Positions 49,735 to 61,430 of a DNA stretch of 64,000 nucleotides are shown here, in pieces. The stretch's first letter is position 1; every line of letters starts with the position of its first letter. The DNA lies in contig NC_045697.1 in NCBI RefSeq assembly GCF_009834535.1, positions 86,616,001 to 86,680,000 of the forward strand, in the 5' to 3' direction. Source of the stretch: Camelus ferus. Taxonomy: Eukaryota. The position numbers were made by a program, and so were the translations under genes. Under the pieces are notes generated by a model that made no database searches, was not told the origin of the DNA, and saw only the letters and a list, made by a program, of their open reading frames with translations.

Positions 49735-50475
49735 TCTGCAGTCATCTTTGTTTTCTTTCTTTCTCTTGTACTCCATATTCAATCTGTCAAAATTCTTGTT
49801 CTATCCTCAGAATTTATCCTTGATCCACCACGTATAACCACAGCTATCTTAGCCACTCTAAGCCATTATCATCTTTTGTTTGAATATTCCAGTGATTCTC
49901 TTAGTTGGTGCCCCTTTTTCAAGTTCTTGCCTCTTTTCACACAGAGCGATTCTTTTAAAATCAAAATCAAATTATGTCATGCTGACCAAAAAGCTTCAAG
50001 TGGCTTCTTATCTCACCAAAAGTAAAAGCCAAAGTTATTAATTGGCTTATAAGGCCCTACTCATCTGACCTCAATAATATCATCTTCCACTAGTCTCCTC
50101 TTTTACCTCCTGTCACACTGGTCTCCTTGCTATTCGCTCTCTTTCCTGCTTGGAATGCTCTCTACCCCAATATCCTCTTGACTTCCCTCATCTTCTTCAA
50201 TTCCTTGTTCATGTGTCTTTCACTCAGAGGAATTTTTTTTCTGGTCATATTATTAATATTGACCTCCCAGTAACTAGCTCTCTCTCTTCCCTGCTTTTTC
50301 GCCTTCTATAGCTTATTATCACCTTCTAGCACATTGCATTAGTTTCTTATTTATTCATTAATTATCTATGTGCTTCCACTATATTATAAACTCTGAAAGC
50401 AGAGATTTTTGTTTGTTTTGCCTATTGCTACCCTTAGGGCCTATAACACATAGTTGTCACTCAATAACTATTTAT
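49735..50475 (+). mobile_element. L2 LINE 3' fragment
   Basis: aaatcaaattatgtca...ttataaggccctac...gcagagatttttgtttgttttg...cactcaataactattt. Confidence 0.75.
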
Positions 50476-52629
50476 AGTATGTCACTCTGAGAAAGTAGGC
50501 CTTTTCCTGAGTACATTGCAAAGATACTGATAGAGTGTTATACTTGCATTTTATAAAGATTCCTCTAGTAATATTATGGAGAAGAAATTGGAGGAGCTAA
50601 ACAAAAAAATGACTTTTTTTCTCATATCAAAATTTTGCAGAAATACTCTATTTAAAGCCTGAACATAGCTTGAAAAGCCTTGAGAAATGCCTTGATTAAT
50701 TAGATACAAATAAAATCTGAATTTTATTTGCTGGTTTATGAGCATAAGATACAACATCAGGGTTGTATTTAAATTTAGTATGCACTATTTGCTATTGAGA
50801 GATTTAAAATGAAGCAGTACTATTAACAAGAGTGTTGAAAGTTTGGTAGGGAAAGTTGGAGTGGGGGGAAATGTGGATTACTGAAGTTCTGACATGGAAC
50901 TATTTTATCATGGGAAAACAAGGAAATTGTTCTTTTTTTTCCTTATGAAAACTAAAAAAAGCCTCAGTATGTGTCCATTTTATAGTATTCTGGATGGAAA
51001 AAGTTACTGCATCTCAAATAAATGAGTGTCTGAATTCTAAGGAAGCAGAAGGTGTCCCCTGAACAGAGTTTTGAGAGAGTCAAATCCTTATAAAAGTAAA
51101 CAATCTCCTTTTGTTGATTTACACTATGTATGATCAAATATATATTCCATGTTTTTCTTTTGATATTTATCTATAATCTGAAATGATGAAAAGTTGGGCT
51201 TTCCATGGAACTCTTCCATTTGGATTCTTCTCTTAATGGTTAAACAACATGCTTTTATGGTTTTCTTTTTGTGATTATGCCATATATTGATAAAAATTGT
51301 GATGTGTATTTATAGTGGGATAGATAAAATTTGTATTTCACAATTACCACAACCATCTAGTATGACATATAGTTTATTCCCTAACATTGTGCTTTCTATT
51401 AATCTGTGTCTTGCTAATTTTCTGGCCAAAAATAACTGAAAGAGCTGTTGTCTTAAATCAGAAAGCTGAGTGAGAAACACTTGTTTCTGCTCTATGAGCA
51501 GATAATAGTCAAAAGAAAGCTTCTCAAATAGTCCTCATTTGTGAGTTTTCTCCTTCAGTTTATTTTTTCATACCTGTTCTTTCTTGAATTCATATGGTTT
51601 ACAATTTAAATAATACTGAAAATATTTTTACTTTAATTTCCAAAAACACTAATTCCACAGTGGATTGATAAGACTGGATTCAAGGATAAAAGAAAATAAT
51701 GTTTATTAATTGAAGGTTGTATTACCATTGCCAAGAGACACCTGTTTTCAGATTGCTCAAGTTACATGGACTGATGTTTTGTGCTTTCAGTCACACACAA
51801 GAATGACAGCTTCAGAGAGAAATCTCACTGCTTTCCCATTTCTTTGTAATTGTGCATTTCTGCGTTGAAATGTTGTCTCCATTTCATGAAAACAAAGGCA
51901 AACCAATCTTTTATCATCTATTTTCACCCATCAATGTCTGCAGTCTTCGTAGCATTTTAGCAAGAAAATAGCCATACTAAAATCTTTTATATTTCTTCAA
52001 ATAGCAATCCCATAACCATTCCACTGGATTTCAGTGTTGTTTGGCCATTTATATTGAGCTTAAAATTTTTAGCCAAATTGTAAGTCAGTAACTAGATACA
52101 GAGGAGATAAGACATTAAATTTATTAAGTTAGTGGAAATTGGTTAACTTCCCACTGTCTCAAAATTTACTATTTAAACTAAAATATCTAGCATGATATTT
52201 CTTCTATTTCTCCAGATAGACAATAGTAGGGCTTGGAGGGGAATTGGCATTAGTGAGTTTGGGAGTAAACCCAATTCACCCTACTCAAGTGTTCATCCTC
52301 AGAAAGATTCACTCACCTTCTATGAAAAAGCAACTATCCCCAATTTTAAGTCAGTATGAGATCTAAGATGGAAAACAACGAACAAACCACAAACCCATGT
52401 CATATAAGAGAGATTTAGATATTTCATGAATTAGCAGTCCTAGAATATACATCATCTTTTAATTTGGTCTGCAAGAATCTTCCATAACTAGAGATGTTAT
52501 TTCATGAGCAAACACTTATTAAATTGGAAAATTTGTTTTACATTTTATAGTTGACCACATTGAAGAGATAGTTCGACCATATCTGAACCTAATTTTGAAG
52601 AATACAAATGTGTCAGGGATTACTAACTT

Positions 52630-53159
52630 ATTTTTCTACAGCTTTATTGAGGCATAGTTGATACGCAAAAAACCACACATATTTAGTATATACAATTTGA
52701 TGAGTTTGGATATAGGCATACCCATTAAACAATCACCACGATCAAGGTAATAAAAGTAATCTTATACCCCCCCTTTTTTGTGGTAATAACACTTAACATG
52801 AGATTTATCCTGTTAAATTTTTTTAAGCACAGGATGTATTATTATTAACGGTAGGCATTTTGTTGTACAACAGATCTCTAGAACTTACTCATCTTGCACA
52901 AATTAAACTTTATACCCATTGAACAACTCCCCATTTCCCCCTCCCTCCAGCTTCTGAAAACCACCATTCTACTCTCTGTTTCTATGAGTTTATTTTAGAT
53001 GCCTCATATAAGTGGAATAATACAGTATCTATCCCTCTGTGACTGGGTTATTTCACTTAGCATAATGTCCTCCAGGTTCACCCATGTTATTGTATATGGC
53101 AAGATTTTTTCTTTTTTAAGGCTGAAATAATAATCCATTGTGTGTGTATATATATATAT

Positions 53160-53199
<40 letters not shown>

Positions 53200-55730
53200 A
53201 TACCACGTTCTCATTATCCATTCGTTGGTGGATATTTAGGTTGTTTTCATTTCTTGACTATTTTGAATAATGCTGCAGTGAACATGATAATTCAGATATT
53301 TCTTTGAGATTCTGATTTCAGTTCTTTTGAATATGTCCAGAAGAGGAATTGCTGGATCATATAAGTTTATTTTTAATCTTTTGAGGAAACATCATACTGT
53401 TTTCCTTAGCAACTACACCATTTTACATTTCCACCAACTGTGTACAAGGGTTCCAATTTCTTCACGTTCTTACCAACACTTACTATCTTTTGCTTGTTTT
53501 TTTAAAGTAATAACTACCCTTACAGGTGTGAGATGATATTTCATTGCGGTTTTGATTTGCATTTCCCTAATAATGAGTGATGTTGAGGTTCTTTTTACAT
53601 ATATGTTGGCCATTTGTGTGGTCTTCTCTGAAGAAAAGTCTATTCAAGTTTTTTTGCTCATGTTTTAATTGGGTTATTTGTTTTGTTTTGTTGAGTTTTA
53701 GGAGTTCCTTATAGATTTTGGATGTAACCCCTTATCAGCTATAGTTTGCAGATAACTTCTGTCATTCCGTAGATGCTTTCATTCTGTTAATTGTTCTTCG
53801 CTGTGCAATGGCTGTTTGGTTTTGGTGTAGTTCTACTTGTCTATTTTTGCTTTTGTTGACTGTGCTATTTGTGTCATATTTAAAAATCATTGCCAAAACC
53901 GGTATCAAGAAGCTTTTCCTCTATGTTTTCTTCTATGTGTTTTACAGTTTCAGGTCTTACATTTAAGACTTTAGTCCATTTTGAGTTGATTTTTGTGTAT
54001 GTTTTAAGATAAGTGTCCAGTTTCATTCTTTTGCATGTGGATATTCAGTTTTCCCTACATAATTTGTTAAAAAGATTATTGTTTCCCATTGTGTATTGTT
54101 GGCACTTTTGCTGGAAATTAATTGACTGTATTTGTATGGATTTATTTCTGGGATTTCTATCCTGTTCCATTGATTTATGTCTGTCTGTATACCAATATCA
54201 TACTGTTTTAATTACTGTAACTGTAATATATTTTGAAATCAGGAAGTAGGATGGCTCCAGTTTTGTTCTTCTTTCTCAAGATTGTTTTGGTTATTCAGGA
54301 ACTTTTATTATATAAGTTATGGTATAGTTTATTTTTAATTTATGGAATAAAATTCATTTATTCCAAGTGAATTTTAAGGATTTTTTCTACTTTTATTTAA
54401 AAATGTCACTGTAATTTTGATGGGGATAACATTGAAACTATAGATAACTTTAGATAGTGTGGACATTAAACAATATTGTCTTCCAGTCCGTGAAAATGGG
54501 ATGCCTTTGCATTTATTTATGTCTTCTTTAATTTCTTTTACCAGTGTTCTGTAGTTTTCAGTTTGCAAGTCTCTCACATTTATGGTTAAGTTTATTCCTA
54601 AATATTTTATTCTTTTTGATGCTATTGTAAATGGGGTTGTTTTCGTAATTTCTTTTTCAGATAGCTCATTGATAGTGTATAGAAGTGGAACAGATTTTTG
54701 TGTGCTGATTTTGTATCCTGCAACTTTACTGAATTTGTTTGTTAATTCTAACAGTTACTTGATGGAGTCTTTAGGGTTTTCTATATATTATGTCATATGC
54801 AAAGAGAGGTAATTTTACTACTTCATTTCCTATTTATATGCCTTTTATTTCTTTTTCCTGCCTAATTTTTCTGGCTAGGACTTTCATCACTATGTTGAAG
54901 TGGTAAGAATGATCTTCCTTGTCTTGTGTGACCTTAGAGGAAAAGATTTCAGTTGTCACTGTTGAGTATGATGTTAGCTATGGACTTATCATATATGGCC
55001 TTTATTATATTGAGGTAAATTTCTTCATTGTTTATTTAAATAAGCTTCCTATCCCTTTTTTTCTCTTCTCCTTCTTATACTCTATAATGTGCATATTGGT
55101 TCATTTGATGATGTGTCATAAGTCTTTTTTAACTTTTGTGTGTGTATTTCTCTAATTGAGTAATTTCAAATGACTTGTCTTCAAGTTCACGGATTCTTTT
55201 GCTTGATCAAGCCTAATACTGAAGCTCTCTATTGAATTTTTCACTCTAATTATGAAATTCTTGAGCTCCAGAATTTCTATTTAGTTCTTTTTTATGTTTT
55301 CTTTTTTGTTGTTGATGGTCTCATTTTTTTCATGGGTGTTCCTGGTTTCAGTTAGTTGTCTATATATGTTCTTTTGTAACTCTCTGATCTTCTCTAAGAT
55401 GAATATTTTGAATTCTGTGTCAAGAAATACATAGATCTCTATGTACTTAGGGTTGCTTACTGGAGATTTATTTTGTTCCTTTGATTGGGTCATATTTCCC
55501 TGAATCTTTGTGCTTCATGTAGTTTGCACTGGTGTCTGTGCATTTAAAGAAACAGCCACCTCTCCAGGTCTTTATGGACTGGCTTCAGTAAGGAAAGGTC
55601 TTCATCAGTCATCTCGCCTAGAGTTTCTGGGAGATTCTCAAGCCTTTTCTATGAATATGCATCGTCCACTCCTCTCCCTCCTTCCTGGGGGAAAAAAATC
55701 TTTGGTGTTGTTTTGGTTTCTCTGTTTTTA
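52630..55730 (-). mobile_element. L1MA-like 3'UTR + ORF2 (52630-55020) followed by ORF1/5' fragments
   Basis: cagctttattgaggcatagttg 3' end. ORF2 peptide DLQTENYRTLVKEIKEDINK. ORF1-like MTQSKEQNKSP. Confidence 0.85.
53139..53202. repeat. Compound (TG)n/(TA)n microsatellite
   Basis: tgtgtgtgtatatatatatatgtgtatgtgtg...(tg)n...tatgtgtatata. Confidence 0.9.
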
Positions 55731-56139
55731 ACTTGCAAAACTCAAAATTATTGGGCTCTCAACAAACTTAGATTATATGCCATAGACAGAAAAGGCCTCT
55801 CTTATTTTCTTCCTTTTTTGCTATCAGATGGGCCATCTTTAGTCCCTGCTTCTCTCTATTACAGGATTCTACTGAGGCAGCAAGAAGTAGCTGATTCATT
55901 TTAACATCCCTAGTTTTTCCTATAATTTCCTTGAATACTACAGCTTTAATAGTCATATGTCAGCCCCCAAGGTAAAAAAGAGTTTTACCAACTTTTTCCC
56001 AAGCAAGTTTCTAGAACTTCTCAATGAGAAACAATAGCAGGGTGCCTGTTGTTATTAATCCCACATTCTCTACTCAAGAAATTTCACGTCACATTTTAGA
56101 GTCTAAGATTTGTAGCACTTTAGTTTCAGGTACTAAATT

Positions 56140-56550
56140 CTGTATCAGATAGGATACCCCCAGCTTTAAGTAACAGAAGCCCTGCTTCGAATTGGCCTGA
56201 ATACCAAGGACATTTATTTCATATATTAAGAAGTCTAAAAGTAGGGATGACTTCTGAGCCAACTGATTCAGCACCGTCGAGATGTCATCCAGGATCCACA
56301 TTCTCTTCTGCCAGAGATGGCTTCCTGCTAAGACTACTTACTCTCATGAACATAGTATGGCTGCCAGCAGCAACTAAAATAATGTACTTCCTTGTTTATA
56401 TCCAACAGGAGAGTGAAACTAGCTCCTTTTCCCAGAAACTTAAGTAGGTTCTTGACCTAAATTGTCTTAGGCCTGCCCATCCCCCAATTAACCAGTTCCA
56501 AGGATGATAGTCTTATTGTGATTGGCTTATACTGACCCTCTGAGATAGAA
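56140..56550 (-). mobile_element. MaLR LTR (old MLT1-like)
   Basis: gtaacagaagccc...ggacatttatttcatata...aagaagtct...atggctgccagcag...ccccaattaaccag. Confidence 0.55.
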
Positions 56551-56839
56551 TGGATGTTGTAGCTTTGATATGCTCTACAGCCAAGCCTTTTACAGTGTGC
56601 ACTCATAAGCAAATGAAGATCTTCACTCCCTAATACCTCTTCTTTCAGTGCTAGCCAAGTTTCTCCCATTGCTCTCCTACAGATCTTAGAGTGAAAACTA
56701 TTGCATGCATGAGTAGATATTGGCAGAAAAACTGATTGACAAAACTATGCATTTGTCATTTCACTTTTGGCTTAAGTTATTGTTGACAACCAACACTTTA
56801 ATAATTCAATAAAGCTAACCAGACTCCCTGTATCATTTA

Positions 56840-57190
56840 GGAAAGCTTTAAGGTTGAAAGTAGCATAACCCCAATATAGTGGCTTAAACAGATAGGATAC
56901 TATTTGTGTCATATAAGAAATCTGGTCATATGTACTTGCTTGTGTTGATTCATTAGCTTGACAATGCAATGTCAAGGTTAATGTCTGATTCTTTTATATA
57001 TATATAATTTTTATGTATATATGATATGGTGGCAAAACGGTTGCCACAATTCCAAATATCAAGTTTATATTTTAAGCAGGAAGTGCAGGGAAGAGTGATC
57101 TTACTTACATGTAGAACTAATGACCCTGGCCACCTCTAGTTGGTAGGTGACTGTGGAGATGGGGTCTGGGTAAACCAAATACAATGTCTG
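56840..57190 (-). mobile_element. MaLR LTR (old MLT1-like)
   Basis: agtggcttaaaca...ataagaaatctgg...tggccacctctagttg. Confidence 0.5.
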
Positions 57191-58899
57191 TTGTACAATG
57201 ACAGCTAAAGTATGTAAGCATATTCAGTTTAGTGCAAAGTAACTTACTTTCTTCCAGAAGCTAGAAATGAGTTCATAGCTGGTGATAGCCATAAGGATCT
57301 AGATATGCCCAATCCAGTTGCCCCATCCTGTCAGAGTGCTTCAGGCTGTCTACCTGTGGTGACTTTCCTGACCTTGGAAGACTGTATGCTCTCCATGGCC
57401 CCCTGCTACTTTGTGGATTTTAGCTCAACTTCCTGAGTTCCTGTTCATAGGAGTCCAGTTAGTTTGGAAATTGAATCACAATTGATGCTGCAGGAAGCTG
57501 TGGTGGACCAGATTTCTTGTTACCCCACAGCCTTCATGATCTATTCTCAAAACTCACAGTGTCCATGTGAGGAAAAAGGGATTCCCTAAGCCTCCCTTTC
57601 CTCCCCTGCCTCCCAAAGTGGCCTCTGTTCTTTTAGGCTTGGCAAGCTCTGTCAGACTGTGGAGAGGACTTTGCCTCCCTGCCTAAGCCTCAAGAGTTAC
57701 CCTCTTCTTTGTTTCAGCTCTCTTCTCTCTATATCTCACTGGACAGTGGGTGTGAAAAGGCTGCAGTAGAGGGACATGGGATTATAGTAAAGGGAACTTC
57801 ATTTTTGGCGTTCATTAGGTCCTGCTTTGTTCCCACAGAATCTAGGAGCTCGATGCAGAATAGGGCAAGACTGGGAGGCCTACTTCCCATACTGCCACCA
57901 TTCTTAGGCTTGCCCTACTGTGACCAGAATAAAAGACTGATGGCCTCCTGGTGACTCAGAAATAGTCTAGCCTCCTTGAAATCCCAGAGCTACTTGGAAC
58001 CAAGGCAGCAAATGGGTAATTTTCTTCTGTTGCCTTCAGTTCCTATTGTCTTCTCTGTCAGAACAGAGCATATGAACTTTCCTTCTGAGACCGCTTCTTA
58101 AATCCTACCATGAAATTCCACCCCCTCCCGCCACCACCACATGCACACATTAGTGGTTCTGTTCCAAGGCAAAGAGAAGTAGAAAATTATTCTAGATTTC
58201 TGAGTCTGGGGAACTGGTCAATGGATTTTCACAATTGGAGCTTGAGGGAAAATGATATATATATTCATTTTTTGATGGAAACTGGACATTCATACAGAGA
58301 GGTGATAGACAAATAGAAAGTAAGCATCAGAGATCCACACACTACTCTTTTGAACAGATACAGCTTCCAAGGCAATGAGGATTAGGGAGTAGGAAGTGTC
58401 TAGAACCAAAGAAACTAAGTGGTGATAGGCTTTTACATGTATCCAAAACTCCCTGTGCTCTTCTTCTCCAAGTTCTTCAGATTTTGGCCAAGAGACTTAA
58501 GTTCAAAATAGGCATGGATTGTTTGGAATGGCAGAATTCTTGTAAAGGTGTTTTGTTGTTTTGTTTTTATTTTCAGTCACAGTGTTGGGCATATAACTAT
58601 ATGCTATACTCAGAATCAGCCCTGTTTTCTGGATCCTTCAACAGCTGTTGACATCCTAACAGTCTCTTAGTACTGTATATTACAGGGGAGAAAATCAAGT
58701 GTGCTTGATTTTAAAAACGATCCCTGATTTCCTGAATAGGTTATTGGCTGCTCAGGAGTGAATCTTAAAGATGCTACAAAGGGGAAAGAGAAGGAAATCC
58801 TGAAAGTTATTTGGTTTATTTTGCTCTTTCCAGAAAGAGCCCAACTTAGATCTCTTCACACAAATGCATTTTTGAATCCCTTGTACCCAGCAGTAGAGT

Positions 58900-59280
58900 T
58901 CAGAGCTTTTCTTTTTAAAGTTGATTATTTTTTCCTTCTGATTAAAAAATACTACATGTTCATTGTAGAGATTTTGAAAAATATAAAAAATACAAAGAAG
59001 ACAAAAATTATAGCCCCATGTCCCACAACTATCCTCTCTAACAATTTGATGCATTCTTTCCAATGTCCCACTTCTTTCTCTGCCTCTCTCAATTTATGTG
59101 TGTTCATGCCCCTTACAATATTGGAATGATAACTATGTACGTGATTTTGTATTTTGCTTTTTTCACCCAACAGTATATTATAACTATTTCCTCAGGCAAA
59201 TACATATTTTTAAAAACATATTTTAAGACGATTTTATATCTCATCAAATGACTATCAAATTTATTTAATCATCCTCTTAA
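58900..59280 (-). mobile_element. Old L1ME-like 3' fragment
   Basis: tacatgttcattgtagagattttgaaaaatataaaaaa...ttttgctttttcacccaacagtata. Confidence 0.6.
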
Positions 59281-59819
59281 AAATAATCCATTCATTTTCT
59301 GAACAAATTTTTTAACAAATTTTAATGATATTTATAGCATTTAAATAGCAGGTATATTAAAATGAAATCAACTGAGAATTAAGCACATGAAATGTTCAGT
59401 GTCCTGTGCTAAATGCTATGTAGCATATAAAGAATTATAAAGTCAGTTCTCTGATCTCAATATGATTTTAGGTTTATTATGGTATGATTTTTTTTAATTA
59501 AGAATGCTGTATAGCTTAATACTTAAAACACATAGCTTAAAGTTTAAAATAATTAGTACTTACAATTAATTACTTAAAAATATTATTTATTTTGCATTCA
59601 TTCTACTTTCCAAAAATTCATGAGACAATTTACCATAAAAGAATAGCTAAAATAAAAGTGAAGTTCATCATAAGTAGAGGAAAAAGATAGGAACCAAGAC
59701 ATAAAGGAAAGTAAAGGAAGAAAAGAGAAACAGACCAATGAATTCAGAAAACCTAATCTAAGAAAAATTACTGCATGGACTGAGAGGTACCCAGCTTTTA
59801 TTATCTAAAGTTCATTCCT

Positions 59820-59945
59820 TCAATTATTCATTTATTCTTTCAGCTCACAAATATTTATTGAGCACTTCCCATGTGCTGGATTCTGAGTTAGGGCTGGGAG
59901 ACAATGATGAACAAAATAGACTTGTTCTCATAGAACCTGTATTTC
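59820..59945 (-). mobile_element. L2 3' end
   Basis: ttcatttattc...caaatatttattgagcactt...tgtgctgg...gctgggagacaatgatgaacaaaatagac. Confidence 0.75.
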
Positions 59946-60455
59946 ACAAAGAGAGGCAAACTTTCTTCTAGCTCCTAATGACAGTATCCTTAGTAGAAAA
60001 TTCAGAAATATTCCATACCTCCTCATCTCTTATAGGTCCTCAGAAGAAGCAATGGGCACTCAGTCAAAATACTCAATATAAAGTTTGAAAAATAGAGTCC
60101 ATCAGTACAGGATTTGAAGTAGAAATAATAAAGCTTGGAGAATCTAGAATATGAAGATGTAGCACATTCTTTATGACATTTCATATGTATATTAACTATC
60201 CTAGCTAGTCTTTTGATGATAATACAGTTGACCATTTAAAAACGGTACATTTTTTAAATTATCTAAGAAATATGAGTACATTACTAACATTTTGAAAAAG
60301 AAGAAAACTCTCTTAAGGCCTTGACCTGACCTAACCATTAATAACATTTACTTCTCTTTCCAGTCTTTTAGATTGTCATATTTTACATACTTGTAATCAT
60401 ACAGTACATAAAATTATCCTTGAATCTTTTTCACAAATTATTATATCATAAGTAT

Positions 60456-60918
60456 TGTACTAATCAGGGCTCTCCAGAGAAACATATGTGAGAGAGAGGG
60501 GAGTATTGAGACTCGAGAGAGAGAAGAATTGGCTCACCCAATTATTGAGGCTGAGAAGTCCCAAGAGCTGCAGCCAGCAAGCTGGAGACCAAGGAGAGCC
60601 AATGTGTAGCCCCAATCTGAAAGCTGTCAGGCTTAAGACCCAAGAAGAGTCAATGTTTCAGTCCAAGTCCAAAGGCTGGAAAAGACCAATGTTCCACTCA
60701 AGCAGTCAAGCGGGAGGAATTCCCTCTTACTCAGCCTTTTTGTTTTATTTATTGGATTAGGCCCACCCACACTTGGAAGGGCATTCTGCTTTATTCACTC
60801 CACTGATTCAAATGTTATTCTCATCCAGAAACACCCTCACAGAAAACACTGAGAATGGGTAACAGATATCTGGCCATCCACAACCCAGTCAAGCTGACAC
60901 ATAAAATTAACCATCAAA
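60456..60918 (-). mobile_element. Solo MLT2B-like (ERVL) LTR nested in an old L1ME fragment
   Basis: tgtactaatcagggctctccagagaaaca...gctgagaagtcccaaga...gacacataaaattaaccatca. Flanks AGTAT (60451-55) and AGCAT (60919-23) fit a 5-bp TSD. Confidence 0.85.
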
Positions 60919-61124
60919 AGCATTTTTTATGATATATAGTCTTCATAAGCATAATTTACTTAGCCATTTGGGATTACTGTGTTTTTTTTTATTATTTCCT
61001 ATTTTTTCCCATTTAAAATTAACACCATGATGGACATGTTTGTGATACGAATATTTCCATATTTTTAACTATCTCTTTGGAAAAACTCCTCAGGTGGATT
61101 TCTTTTTGTTTGGAGATTGGGATG

Positions 61125-61430
61125 TGTGTTAAGTTTCCTAGGGCTGCTGTCACAGAATACCACCCACCTGTTGGCTTAAACCAACAAAAATGTATTATTT
61201 TAGCCTTTAGGTTTTTAAAATAAAGATTTCAGCAGAGTTAGGTCTGAGAAAGAATCTAATTCTTACTCTCTCCTAGCTTCTGGTGGTTGCTTGCAATCCT
61301 TGGTATTCTTGGCTTACAGACAAATTAGTCCAGTCTCTACCTCTGTATTCACATGGTACTCTCTTCTCTGTCTTCACATGGCCTTCTTGTAAGACACCAG
61401 TCAATGGGTTTAGGGCTCACCCTGATCCAG
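61125..61430 (-). mobile_element. Truncated MLT1 (MaLR) LTR
   Basis: agtttcctagggctgctgtcacagaataccac...ggcttaaac...taagacaccagtcaatgggtttagggctcaccctgatccag. Similarity then stops abruptly. Confidence 0.75.

Noticed and set aside
57465..57478. Canonical NFAT:AP-1 composite site
   Set aside because: GGAAA to TGAATCA spacing is 1 nt, not the 3 nt of ARRE-2-type composites. Kept only as part of a motif cluster.
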